Below are positions 35,052 to 45,960 of a stretch of DNA of 64,000 nt, piece by piece. How positions within the stretch are numbered: the stretch's first letter is position 1; every line of letters starts with the position of its first letter. The DNA is from Scyliorhinus canicula. Its lineage: Eukaryota. The stretch is from positions 124,001 to 188,000 of the forward strand of contig NW_024055806.1 in NCBI RefSeq assembly GCF_902713615.1, read 5' to 3'. Below the pieces are notes generated by a model that saw nothing but the letters and a program-made list of their open reading frames with translations, was not told where the DNA came from and ran no database searches. The position numbers were made by a program, and so were the translations under genes.

Positions 35052-38000
35052 ATGGTTAACCCCACAGGAGCAAGGGGGCAGAAGCCCCCCACCAGAATAG
35101 TCACCTGGAACGTAAGGGGACTTAATGGCCCAGTGAAGAGATCTAGAGTCCTCACCCACCTTAGAAACATGAGGGCCGACATAGTCTTCCTCCAAGAGAC
35201 GCACTTGAGGGAGCAGGACCAACTGCGGGTAAGAAAGGGCTGGGTGGGACAAACCTATCATTCCTGTTATGGGGCAAGGGCCAGGGGGGTGGCGATCCTG
35301 ATTGGCAAGAGGACAATGTTTAGGGCGACAAAGACGGTTACGGACCCAGGGGGACGGTATGTCATGGTCAGCGGGGCCCTGGATGGGGCGCCGGTAGTCC
35401 TAGTTAACGTGTATGCGCCCAACTGGGACGACACGAGCTTCATCCAAAAGACCATGGCAGAAATCCCGGACATAGCGACGCACCGACTAATCATGGGGGG
35501 GGACTTCAACTGTGTACAGGACCCAACGACGGACAGATCAAACCCCAGAACGGGGAAAACCTCAAACATGGCAAGGGAACTCAGTCACTATATGGAGCAG
35601 ATGGGAGCAGTAGACCCCTGGAGATTCGCCCACCCGGGGGAGAAAGAATTCTCTTTCTTCTCCCCAGTACACAACGTGTACACCAGAATTGACTTCTTTG
35701 TGGTGGGGAAAACGGTGCTTCCAGAGATAGACAAGGTGGAATACTCCGCAATTGTGATATCAGACCACGCCCCACACTACATGGATGTGCGGCTAGAGAC
35801 GGGAAGGGCCCAGCGCCCCAAATGGAGGTTGGACGGTGCCTTACTAGCTGACAAGGCCTTCAGCGAAAGGATAGCGCGGGCCATAGCGGAGTACACTGAG
35901 ATCAACCAAAACGGGGAGGTCTCACCCTCCACGTTCTGGGAAGCGCTTAAGGCCGTACTAAGAGGGGAAATCATAGCCTACAAAGCGCAAAGAGATAGGG
36001 AGGAAAGGGTGGCTAGGCAGAAGCTGGTCGACTCCATACTGGAGGTAGACCATAAATACTCCGAGGCCCCGACCGTAGAACTCCTGGCGGAGAGGAAAGA
36101 ATTACAAAGGAACTTTGACCTGCTCTCCACCAGGAAAGCAGTACACCAACTCCGCCAGGCACGCGGGGCCCTATACGAACACGGAGACAAAGCCAGCCGC
36201 CTGTTGGCCCACCAGCTGAGAAAGCAGGCAGCCAGCAGAGAAATTGCGCAAATCAGAGATACCAGAGGCACGTTGGAAACAGAACCAGAGAGGATTAACA
36301 AAACCTTCAAGGCCTTCTACCAAGAGCTGTACACCTCAGAGCCCCCAACGGGGAAGGCTGGGATGAACCGGTTTCTTGACGGACTGGACATACCAGTTGT
36401 GGGAGAGGGCAGAAAACGGGATCTGGAAGCACCACTAGCACTGGGAGAGATCATGGACAGCATTAGCTCCATGCAGGCGGGGAAGGCGCCGGGACCGGAC
36501 GGATTCCCGGCGGACTTCTACAAAAAATTTGCGACAGCGCTGGCCCCGCACCTGCGGGAGATGTTCACAGACTCGCTAGCTAGGGGCACATTGCCACCCA
36601 CGTTAGCACAGGCCTCAATCTCGCTGATACCTAAGAAAGACAAAGACCCAACGGAATGTGGGTCATACAGACCCATATCTCTGCTGAATGCAGACGCCAA
36701 AATACTGGCCAAAATCCTAGCCAAGAGGCTAGAAGACTGTGTACCTGAGGTGGTCACAGAGGACCAGACGGGCTTTGTCAAAGGTAGACAGCTTACCGCG
36801 AACATCAGGCGCCTGCTGAACGTGATAATGACCCCCTCCGGGGAGAGAACACAAGAGGTGATCGTCTCCCTGGACGCAGAAAAGGCCTTCGACAGAGTCG
36901 AGTGGAAATACCTCATAGAGGTACTGGAGCGGTTCGGGCTTGGAACAGGGTTCACCGCTTGGGTAAAGCTCCTGTACAACGCACCCATGGCGAGTGTACA
37001 GACCAACAATACCAACTCCCAATACTTCCAGCTGCACAGGGGCACCAGACAAGGATGCCCACTGTCCCCGCTGCTGTTCGCACTAGCAATTGAACCGCTA
37101 GCAATCGCGCTCAGGGCAGCAAAAAATTGGAGGGGGATCCGAAGGGGAGGTAGAGAGCACAGAGTCTCACTCTATGCGGATGATCTGCTCCTCTATATCT
37201 CGGACCCACAAAGCAGCATGGACGGAATCATCGCGCTCCTGAAAGAGTTTGGAGCCTTCTCGGGCTACAAACTCAACATGAGCAAAAGTGAGATCTTCCC
37301 AGTACACCCGCAAGGGGGGGGGGGGGCAGCACTAAAGGGGCTGCCGTTCAATCAAGCCCGACATAAATTCCGCTACCTGGGGATCCAAATAGCCCATGAC
37401 TGGAAAGGGATCCACAAATGGAACCTCACCAGCCTGACGGAGGAAGTTAAAAAGGACCTGCAAAGATGGAACACACTCCCGCTCTCCCTCGCGGGGAGAG
37501 TTCAGACGATCAAAATGAACGTACTGCCCAGGTTCCTCTTCCTGTTTAGATCCATTCCGATCTACATCCCCAAGGCCTTTTTCAAAGCGCTGGACAAACT
37601 CATCATGGCGTTCGTATGGGGGGGTAAAAATGCTAGGATCCCAAAGAAGGTCTTACAAAAAACAAAAACCAGGGGAGGGCTAGCCCTCCCGAATCTACAA
37701 TTCTACCACTGGGCAGCAACAGCCGAGCGAGTAAGGGGATGGATCCAGGAGCCAGAGGCTGAGTGGGTGCGTGCGGAGGAGGCCTCCTGCATGGGAACCT
37801 CCCTCCGGGCCCTCGCCACGGCAGCACTCCCATCCCCACCCAAAAAACACTCCAGCAGCCCAGTGGTGACAGCCACCCTCCAATCCTGGAACCAACTGCG
37901 GCAGCAACTTGGCCTGACCAAAATGTCGAACAGGGCTCCCATCTGCAACAACCATAGGTTCACACCAGCACTGACTGACGCCACCTTCAAAAGGTGGAGG

Positions 38001-38879
38001 CAGGACGGGGGGACACTGACAGTCAGGGACCTATACACGGACGACAGGATCGCAACACTGGACGAACTGACAGAGAAGTTTCAGCTAGCTGGGGGGAACG
38101 AGCTACGGTACCTGCAGCTCAAAAACTTCCTACGAAAGGAGACAAGGACGTACCCACAACCGCCACGACAGACACTACTGGAAGACCTACTGGACGCAAG
38201 TATCCTAGAGAAAGGGAACTGTAGTGACATGTATGACCGACTGGTAGATAGGGACGACACCGTACTGGACGCAACAAGAAGGAAATGGGAGGACGACCTG
38301 GGGATGGAGATAGGGTGGGGACTCTGGAGCGAAGCACTGCATAGGGTCAACTCCACCTCCACGTGCGCAAGGCTCAGCCTGACGCAACTAAAAGTGGTAC
38401 ATAGAGCCCACTTAACAAGAACCCGTATGAGTAGGTTCTTCCCGGAGGTGGAAGACAGATGTGAACGGTGCCAAAGAGGCCCGGCCAACCACGCCCACAT
38501 GTTCTGGTCTTGCCCCAGACTCGTGGAGTACTGGACAGCCTTCTTCGAGGTTATGTCCAAAGTGGTGGGAGTGAGGGTGGAGCCATGCCCGATAGTGGCG
38601 GTCTTCGGGGTTTCAGAACAGCCAGATCTATTCCTGGGGAGGAGGGCGGACGCCCTTGCCTTTGCCTCCCTGATCGCCCGCCGTAGAATCCTGTTTGGCT
38701 GGCGGTCAGCAGCACCGCCCAGAGCTGCGGATTGGCTGTCCGACCTCTCGGAATCTCTCCAAATGGAGAAAATCAAATTTGCCATCCGAGGGTCGGACGA
38801 CGGCTTCCACAGAACGTGGGAGCCATTCATGCAACTGTTCCGGGACCTATTTGTGGCCAATGTACAAGAGGAAGAATAG
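35052..38879 (+). CDS. L1 ORF2p (APE endonuclease, RT, C-terminal Cys/His motif), 1275 aa from ATG 35052
   Basis: TWNVRGLN, FLQETH, NVYAPN, MGGDFN, RIDFF, SDH; RT motifs YRPISLLNADAK, LDAEKAFD, GTRQGCPLSP, YADDLLL, YLGI; CERC...HAHMFWSC. No interruptions. Confidence 0.97.
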   Translation: MVNPTGARGQKPPTRIVTWNVRGLNGPVKRSRVLTHLRNMRADIVFLQETHLREQDQLRVRKGWVGQTYHSCYGARARGVAILIGKRTMFRATKTVTDPGGRYVMVSGALDGAPVVLVNVYAPNWDDTSFIQKTMAEIPDIATHRLIMGGDFNCVQDPTTDRSNPRTGKTSNMARELSHYMEQMGAVDPWRFAHPGEKEFSFFSPVHNVYTRIDFFVVGKTVLPEIDKVEYSAIVISDHAPHYMDVRLETGRAQRPKWRLDGALLADKAFSERIARAIAEYTEINQNGEVSPSTFWEALKAVLRGEIIAYKAQRDREERVARQKLVDSILEVDHKYSEAPTVELLAERKELQRNFDLLSTRKAVHQLRQARGALYEHGDKASRLLAHQLRKQAASREIAQIRDTRGTLETEPERINKTFKAFYQELYTSEPPTGKAGMNRFLDGLDIPVVGEGRKRDLEAPLALGEIMDSISSMQAGKAPGPDGFPADFYKKFATALAPHLREMFTDSLARGTLPPTLAQASISLIPKKDKDPTECGSYRPISLLNADAKILAKILAKRLEDCVPEVVTEDQTGFVKGRQLTANIRRLLNVIMTPSGERTQEVIVSLDAEKAFDRVEWKYLIEVLERFGLGTGFTAWVKLLYNAPMASVQTNNTNSQYFQLHRGTRQGCPLSPLLFALAIEPLAIALRAAKNWRGIRRGGREHRVSLYADDLLLYISDPQSSMDGIIALLKEFGAFSGYKLNMSKSEIFPVHPQGGGGAALKGLPFNQARHKFRYLGIQIAHDWKGIHKWNLTSLTEEVKKDLQRWNTLPLSLAGRVQTIKMNVLPRFLFLFRSIPIYIPKAFFKALDKLIMAFVWGGKNARIPKKVLQKTKTRGGLALPNLQFYHWAATAERVRGWIQEPEAEWVRAEEASCMGTSLRALATAALPSPPKKHSSSPVVTATLQSWNQLRQQLGLTKMSNRAPICNNHRFTPALTDATFKRWRQDGGTLTVRDLYTDDRIATLDELTEKFQLAGGNELRYLQLKNFLRKETRTYPQPPRQTLLEDLLDASILEKGNCSDMYDRLVDRDDTVLDATRRKWEDDLGMEIGWGLWSEALHRVNSTSTCARLSLTQLKVVHRAHLTRTRMSRFFPEVEDRCERCQRGPANHAHMFWSCPRLVEYWTAFFEVMSKVVGVRVEPCPIVAVFGVSEQPDLFLGRRADALAFASLIARRRILFGWRSAAPPRAADWLSDLSESLQMEKIKFAIRGSDDGFHRTWEPFMQLFRDLFVANVQEEE

Positions 38880-39649
38880 TCGGGGGAAGGTAGCGGGAGG
38901 GGCTACAGGTTCGGTACGGGGGTTCGATGGCTAGCTAAGGCCCAAAACCAAACTAAATAAACATGTTGGGGGGGGGGGGGGGGGGCGGGCACAGTTACTA
39001 CTACGAAGATGCTTACCTGTAAATATGTATGTTAATTTTTGCGTGTTTGTTTGTTGTTTTTTTTCTCCTAACAATTTGTAATTTGTTCAATATAAAATAT
39101 GAAAACTGAATAAAAACATTTATAAAAAAAAAAATGAAGGTTGAAGGGACAAATTAGCTGAGGAGGATTGGGGTAAATACATTAAAATATGACAGTCCAC
39201 AGGCAATGGATAGACTTTCAATAATTATTACACAGTTTACTTTCCTTCAGAGCATAAGAACCCCAAAAGGTCAGAGAACTGACTACCAGACGAAGTGAAG
39301 TTTTGTAAAAGATTGAAAGAAAAGGCTGATAAAGTTATCAGAAATAGGAATAAACCTGAGGATTGGGACGATTTTATAATAGAGCAAAGGACCAAGACAC
39401 CGAGAAAGCGAGGGAGAATAGAATATGAATGTGAAACAGCAAATTACATAAAAATGGATGGTAAAGGTTTCTATAGGTACGTAAAAAGGAAAAGTTTGTC
39501 CATTCCAGATAGAGTCAGGAGAATTTAGAATGAGGAATAGAGATCTCTACAGCCACCTCGTTCAGCACTCTGGTATGTGGATCATCAGCTTTTGGGGATT
39601 TATTCACTTCCAACCCCATTAATTTCTCCAGTACTACTTTTTCACTAAT

Positions 39650-40030
39650 TCTCATCTCTTACTGTTCCTTGTGCTCACGAGCCCCTTGGGTCTCTCGGGT
39701 TTTGGGGAAATTTTTGCATCTTCCTCCGTGAAGACAGACACACATTGTTCAGTTTCTCTGCCGTTTCTTTACTCCCCATTATAAACTCTCCTGTTTCTGC
39801 CTGGAATGGACCCACATTGGTCTTTGCTAATCTTTTCCTTTTCACATTCCTGTCAAAGCTTTTCCAGTCGGTTTTTATGTTTCTCACCAGTTTGCTCTCA
39901 TCAGTTTCTTGGTCCTCCTTTGCTGAATTCTAATGGATCTCATGAATAATTAACTTTTCTTGTTAGCCATGGTTCCATCACTTTTCCTGTTGGATTTTTA
40001 TTCTTTAAAGGAATCTATATTTGTTGTATT
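39650..40030 (-). mobile_element. CR1 fragment (EN-RT linker)
   Basis: NIKTDWKSFDRNVKRKRLAKTNVGP...AEKLN. Confidence 0.7.
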
Positions 40031-40049
40031 TATGTGAAATAAAAGTTGC

Positions 40050-40268
40050 AAAATCCCAGAGGAGCATAGGCTTCTCTCCCCTTTGACAGAGAGAGAGCTG
40101 ACTGGAGGTGATTTAACCCGAGGGTCAGCACACCTCAGGCAAGGGGCCTGGTTGAGAAGGCGGAGCCTTCATGAATAAAGTCAGCCAGTACGGGAGTTGA
40201 ATCCTCACTGTTGGCCTCACTCTGCATCACAAACCAGCCGTCCAGCCAACTGAGCTAACCGACCCCCT
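40050..40268 (-). mobile_element. tRNA-derived SINE of a further family
   Basis: ggttagctcagttgg A box, gattcaactcc B box, body ccccttgcctgaggtgtg...gtcagctctc; a body fragment recurs at ~44790-44850(+). Confidence 0.75.
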
Positions 40269-40731
40269 GATAAATATGTAATAATTTCTTAAATATTAGG
40301 TATTCCCTGTACCAATCAGTTTCCCAATCCACCTCAGACAACTTGCCGCTCATACCCTGATAGTTTTCTTATGTGAGGAACACCCAGATAACTTAAACAA
40401 AAGAACCAGGTAACCACCAGGGCCCATCTCCATGGCAACATGGCATGCTTGGAGGGTTTGAAACAGAAATGGAAACTAAATATCTTCACACTACCAAACA
40501 CCCTTTCACTCGGAGATCCTTGTGCAATTTGAAACCAGGTATTAGCAACAAAGCTCAAAGAGAATCAGCCGACTGGAGGCAAAGTGGTGAGACCGGCCAG
40601 TCCAGCAGAAAGAAACCCTCCGACCATCCCCACTGACCACCTGTCAGAATGAACAAAATGCAGCCCTGGATGCAGTGGAGAAACAATAACAGCAGAATCC
40701 AACCCTGTAATCGATTGTGAAATTGTTGGTG

Positions 40732-41550
40732 TCACAGCAGGTGCGATGAAACATGCAATCCCATCTCACAGTGAGAGGTGGACGGCGTCTCCCCAGTGTG
40801 AATTCGCTGGTGTCTCCGCAGGTTGGATAAACGAGTAAATCCTTTCCCACACTGAGAGCAGATCAATGGCCTCTCCCCAGTGTGAACTCGCTGGTGTGAC
40901 TGCAGGTGAGATAACCGAGTGAATCCGTTCCCACACCGAGAGCAGGTGAATGGCCTCTCCCCATTCTGAACTCGCTGGTGTCTCCGCAGGTTGGATACTT
41001 CAGCAAATCCTTTCCCACACTGAGAGCAGGTGAACGGCCTCTCCCCAGTGTGAACTCGCTGGTGTGTCCGCAGGTGAGATAATTGAGTAAATCCTTTCCC
41101 ACACTCAGAGCAGGTGAACGGCCTCTCCCCAGTGTGAACTCGCTGGTGTGACTGCAGGTTGGATACTTCAGCAAATCCTTTCCCACACTGAGAGCAGGTG
41201 AACGGCCTCTCTCCAGTGTGAACTCGCAGGTGTCTCTGAAGGTGATATAATTGAGTAAATCCCTTCCCACACTGGGAGCAGGTGAATGGCTTCTCCCCAG
41301 TGTGAACTCGCTGATGTGTCTGCAGACTGGAGAACTGAGTAAATCCCTTCCCACACTTTGAGCAGGTGAATGGCCTCTCCCCAGTGTGAACTCGCTGATG
41401 TTTCTGCAGACTGGAGAACTGAGTAAATCCCTTCCCACACTTCGAGCAGGTGAATGGCCTCTCCCCAGTGTGAATGCGTTGATGAATTTCCAGCTGAGAT
41501 GGGACTCTGAATCCCTTCCCACAATCCCCACATTTCCACGGTTTCTCCAT
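40732..41550 (-). CDS. C2H2 zinc-finger gene C, 9 fingers (finger 7 has His->Gln)
   Basis: ATG 41550 [14 protein letters not shown]..., uninterrupted TGERPF-linked array to a stop at 40732. Exon acceptor region near 41890; no effector domain recognised. Confidence 0.9.
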   Translation of the reverse strand: MEKPWKCGDCGKGFRVPSQLEIHQRIHTGERPFTCSKCGKGFTQFSSLQKHQRVHTGERPFTCSKCGKGFTQFSSLQTHQRVHTGEKPFTCSQCGKGFTQLYHLQRHLRVHTGERPFTCSQCGKGFAEVSNLQSHQRVHTGERPFTCSECGKGFTQLSHLRTHQRVHTGERPFTCSQCGKGFAEVSNLRRHQRVQNGERPFTCSRCGNGFTRLSHLQSHQRVHTGERPLICSQCGKGFTRLSNLRRHQRIHTGETPSTSHCEMGLHVSSHLL

Positions 41551-42559
41551 GTTTTGGGTCTCCTCACGTCTCTGCAGGTTGGACAATCAGTTGAAGCCTC
41601 ATCCACAACACGGGTACGGTCTCTCCTCACTCTGAAGGTTGTGTTTTTCAGGCTGTGTAACTGGTTAAAGCTCTTTCCACAGTCAGTTCACTGGAACTCT
41701 CTCACTCGGGTGTGTGTTGTGTGGGTCTTGGTGCTTTTCCAGTCGCACTAATGGTTGAAATGTTTAGCTAACAGTCCGGGTAAACATTTCTCCTTCTAGA
41801 TTGAAAGCCCGATGGTATTCAGGTTCCAAGGAAGGGAGTGGCTGTCAGATCGGGACGTAACATTTGAGATTTCTGTCTGTAATTCCTCCTTGTCTAATAT
41901 CCTGGAAGAATCAATTTACAAAATTCGTCACTGTCAGTACAGGATTGAAACTCAGAACAGACAATGCTAGTTTCTATGTCACATTGTTTCCTCTATCTTA
42001 TTCCCCGAAAGCTGTAAATCTCCATCCCACACAATCTCCCTCCATTCTCACTCTGCTGTATCTAATATTCACCCTCCCAATTCTCCTGAAGGTGCTGATT
42101 CATGTTGGTTGACAGATCCAAGCTCACAGCTTCCTGTCCAGGAGATCATAACAAATAGGAGTTGCAGTCGGCCATTCGGCCCATTGAAGCTGAACCATTC
42201 AATGGGATCCTTAGCCGATCTAGCTCAGCACCGTTTTCCCACTTTATCCCCATATCCCTCGACATCTTCAATATCCAGAAACTTGTCAATCTGTGTCTTG
42301 AACATACTTGACGACTGAAGCTGCACAATCCTCGGAGGGAGAGAATTCCAAAGCTTCACCATATCCTCGAGTGAAGAAATCCCTCCCACCAGAATGGGAT
42401 TAGCTTGTTTTCCGCAGGTTCTAGTGCCACTGACCTATGATCTGTCACTTATCCTGATTGCCTGGCACTCATCTACCTAATCCTTGAATTAATATTTGTT
42501 ATCATGTCCCTGGAAGACTTCAGGGTTCGGTCTGGAAGGATTATGCTGTAAAAAGTGAA

Positions 42560-43390
42560 GAAATGGCTGATAAAACAGGGCAGGTGGATTCAGCGGGAAT
42601 GAAGCCGCCTTTTCAACAATGCGGCCTGACCCTCAGGAGGTCTCACAATCCCGCGCTCTGTGGGGCTCTCTCAAGAGGTGGCGAAAATGATGACTGCCGA
42701 CATTATCCGTGTTACTGACCAGAGGCTGAGTGTGCTGACTCAATATCTGTGAGCTCATGAGGCCCAGCTGCAAAACACCAGGAAGAGGCTCGATGATCCG
42801 GAGGAGAGAATCCTGAACATTCAGCAAGATGCCTCCTCAACGGAGGCAAGAATTCAATCCTTTGAGAACCAGCCGAGTGGCTGGCGGAGGTCCTAGAGGA
42901 TTTGGAGAACCGAGTGTCAGAGAAAGAACATCCGAGTTGACGGCCTGTCAGAAGGTGTGGATGGTAAGGCTCCCGTTAGTTCTTCGAGGACCGGAAGCCA
43001 CGTTTTCTCAAGCTGGATGTGAAGCCTGGGTGTTTCAAATTGGAAAGGTCGTATCGTATCCTGTCTCTGAGGCTGAGGGATAGTTTTCATCCCAGGCCTA
43101 TAATCATTCACTTCCACAACTGGAAAGATCGCCAGAATGTCCTGGAGAGGGAACGGTGAGGTGGCATCTGGCTCCAGGAGAGAGGGACGATTCAGGACTT
43201 TCGTCAGCAACACAAACGAAGCGTCGAGGCTTCGATGAAGTTCAAAGGCAGCTCAAGGCTGTGGGGAGTGAATTACGTCAGGCTTTATCCTGAGACCCAG
43301 AAAATGGTATCCAACAACTCCATCAAGTCTTTCAATAATCCAACTATCGCCTTGGCCTTCATTAAATCCATGAAGGGCCAGGATCTGGAG
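42560..43390 (+). mobile_element. Decayed L1 ORF1 remnant (second family)
   Basis: Frameshifted LENR..RKNIR..GL.EGVDG, RPII.F, IQDF, FDEV, LYPE motifs. Confidence 0.65.
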
Positions 43391-43456
43391 GGATGGTTTG
43401 CAGCTCGGACTAACTCAGGTTCTAATCCGAACTCTTTCCCTGTCATGGTATACTAT

Positions 43457-43682
43457 CTTTTTTAAATTTAGTGTACCCAATTCATTTTTTTTCAATTAAG
43501 GGGCAATTTAGTGTGGCCAATCCACCTAGCCTGCACATTTTTGGGTTGTGGGGCCGAAACCCACGCAGACATGGGGAGAATGTGCAAACTCCACACGGAC
43601 AGTGACCCTGAGCCGGGATCGAACCTGGGTCCTTGGCGCCGTGAGGCTGCAAGGCTAACCTCACTGCGCCACCGTGCTGCCC
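43457..43682 (-). mobile_element. SINE, short-tail type
   Basis: gggcagcacggtgg head, ggttcgatccc B box. Confidence 0.85.
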
Positions 43683-44215
43683 CTGTCATATTATTGTCTG
43701 TATTTCAGAATTACAGAAATACACATAGGGACAGGAGTAGGCCATTCAGCCCTTCGAATCTGTCCTGCCATTTAGTGAGATCATGGCTGATCTGTGATCT
43801 AACTCCATATCCATTAATATCTTTGCTTAACAAAACTCTACCTCAGATTTAAACTTAACAACTGATGCAACTTCACCTGCTGTTTGTGGGAAAGAGTTTC
43901 AAACCTCTCCCACCCTGTGTGTGAAGAAGTTCTTCCGAACATCTCTCCTGAATGGTCAAGCCCTAATTTTTAGACAATGATCCCTACTTTTGGAATCTCC
44001 AACCAGTGGAAATAGTTTATCTTTATCTACCCTGTCTTTCCCTGTTAATATCTTAAATACTTCAATCAGATCACACCTTAACCTTCTAAATTCTACGGAT
44101 CACAGGCCGAATTTATGGTTAAATCTTTGGGTAAGAGCCACTGCAATCTCTCCCTCACCTCCCACAGCATCCTGGGACACAATTCATCCAGAATTAGTAA
44201 TATAATAATCTTCTG

Positions 44216-44500
44216 GGCGGCACGGTAGCATAGTGGTTAGCACTGTTGCTTCACAGCATCAGGGACTTGGGGTCGATTCCCGGCTTCGGAGTCTGCACGT
44301 TCTCCCCATGTCTACGTGGGTTTCTTCCAGGTGCTCCGATTTCCTCCAACAAGTCCGGAAAGATGAGCTTGTTAGATGAATTTGACATTTTGAATTCTTC
44401 CTCTGCGTACCTGAACAGGCGAGTGGGGGATTTTCACAGCAACTTCATTGCAGTGTTAGTGTAAACCTACTTGTGACACTAATATTAAAGATTATTATGA
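44216..44500 (+). mobile_element. SINE, tail type 2
   Basis: gggcggcacggtagcatagtggttagcac head; type-2 tail. Confidence 0.85.
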
Positions 44501-44849
44501 ATGGGCCAAAGGGCCTCTATCTGTGCTGTAAAGAGAGGGAATGAATGAGAAGGGCTTTACAGAGAAACTGGCAAAGCCACAACATTCACCAGCTCTAAGG
44601 ACACACCTTAGCTCCCTTTCCAATCTGAAAGCAGCCTGAGCTGGATTTACATTCCCCTTAATTCATCATTGCTGGGTGATAATCCTGTACTTCCTTACCT
44701 CACACCACTGTGACAGCACCTTCACTACACAGACTGCAGCAACTGACCAAACATCACCTTCCCAGTTATTCCTGAAGGCACCGCCTTCCCAACCTGGCCC
44801 CTTGCCTGAGGTGTGGTGATCCTCAAGTCACATCACCGCCGGTCAGCTC

Positions 44850-45000
44850 TCTGTCCCGGGACCAGGCCCTGCTTCACAGCCGCCATCTTGGTTCACCGGG
44901 GAAGCAGAGCGCATGCGCTGGCGTCTTGGTGATGCAACAGCTGGTGGGCGGGACCTGAAGGTTTCTGTTTCCAGCCGGGTCCTAGTGCCCGGGGCATATA
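44850..45000 (-). promoter_or_regulatory. Probable promoter of ZNF gene C
   Basis: YY1-type GCCGCCATCTTG 44879-44890 and NRF1 GCGCATGCGC 44909-44918 in a local CpG-rich patch about 3.3 kb upstream of the ATG. Confidence 0.55.
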
Positions 45001-45509
45001 CAAGCCACAGGTTTTTAAGATTTTTCACCCCCTCCCAGGCTGCAGCTGATGTTTGTAGCCTGGAGGTCTCTATGGATCACGGAGACATTCAGTGTGAGAG
45101 GCTGCAGCCTCTATATAGCTACCTGAAGGGGGTTATACAACGGGTGATTACATTTCGTGGTCCTTTCCCGTCCATTATCAGGATGTTTGTGTGATATTTT
45201 CTGACCCTCAGCGTGATATTTCTTTATTTAAAATACAGTTCAGCAGCAGGCTTACTGGTGATTTTTAAAGGAATAAAGGTTATTTATTTTCACAACCTTT
45301 CCCTGGATGTTTGAGCATCTAAGTCTCTCGGCTCTTTCACTCACTGACACAGACACAGAAATTAGGTACAGATCAAGTTGAAGCTGTGATGATGAAAATG
45401 GAATGTAGACTGCAATCTTTATATCGCTGCAGGTCTGATGTCTTCTTATTGAGCCGATCCTTTAGTTGGAGTGAAGCGTTTTTAAAAGCAAATAATTCTC
45501 ATGAGTCTC

Positions 45510-45960
45510 TGAAGCTCCTTATAAGACCATAAGGCATAGGAGCAGAATGAGGCCATTTGGCCCATCGACTCAGCTCCTCCATTCAATCATGGTTTATATT
45601 GTTTCATCCCCATTCCCCTACCTTCTCCCCATAATCCGTGATCCCCTTATTAATAAAGAACCTATCTATCTCTGTCTTAAAGACACTCAGTGAATTGGAC
45701 GCCACAGCCTTCTGCGGCAAAGTGTTCCACAGATTCACCACCCTCTGGCTGAAGAAATTCCTCCTCATCTGTTTTAAAGGATCGTCCCTGTAGTCTGAGA
45801 TGGTGTCCTCTGGTTCTATTTTTTGCTGCAAGTGGAAACATCCTCTTCATGTTCACTCTACCCAGGCCTCGCAGTATCTTGTAAGTTTCAATAAGATCCC
45901 CTCTCATCCTTCTAAACCCCAACGAGGACAGACCCAAAGTCCTCAAACGTTCTTGTAGAT
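45510..45960 (-). mobile_element. CR1 3' fragment
   Basis: LGLSSLGFRRMRGDLIETYKILRGL...RTRGH...RRNFFSQRVVNLWN. Similar fragments at ~42140-42400, 43720-44110 and 61430-61550. Confidence 0.8.

Larger units (their letters stand above)
32334..39133 (+). mobile_element. Full-length L1-clade LINE (6.8 kb), apparently intact
   Basis: GC-rich 5'UTR, ORF1, 770-nt spacer, ORF2, AATAAA at 39109-39114 and an A-tail. 17-bp TSD atgaaggttgaagggac at 32317-32333 and 39134-39150. Confidence 0.97.
31700..39530 (+). mobile_element. Old CR1 endonuclease-region remnant that hosts the L1 (31700-32333 and 39134-39530)
   Basis: GDFNLHIDW-like (ggtgacttcaatctgcatatagactgg) and LDLV motifs on the left; the right side continues to KTDGKGFYRYVKRK. 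Confidence 0.75.
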
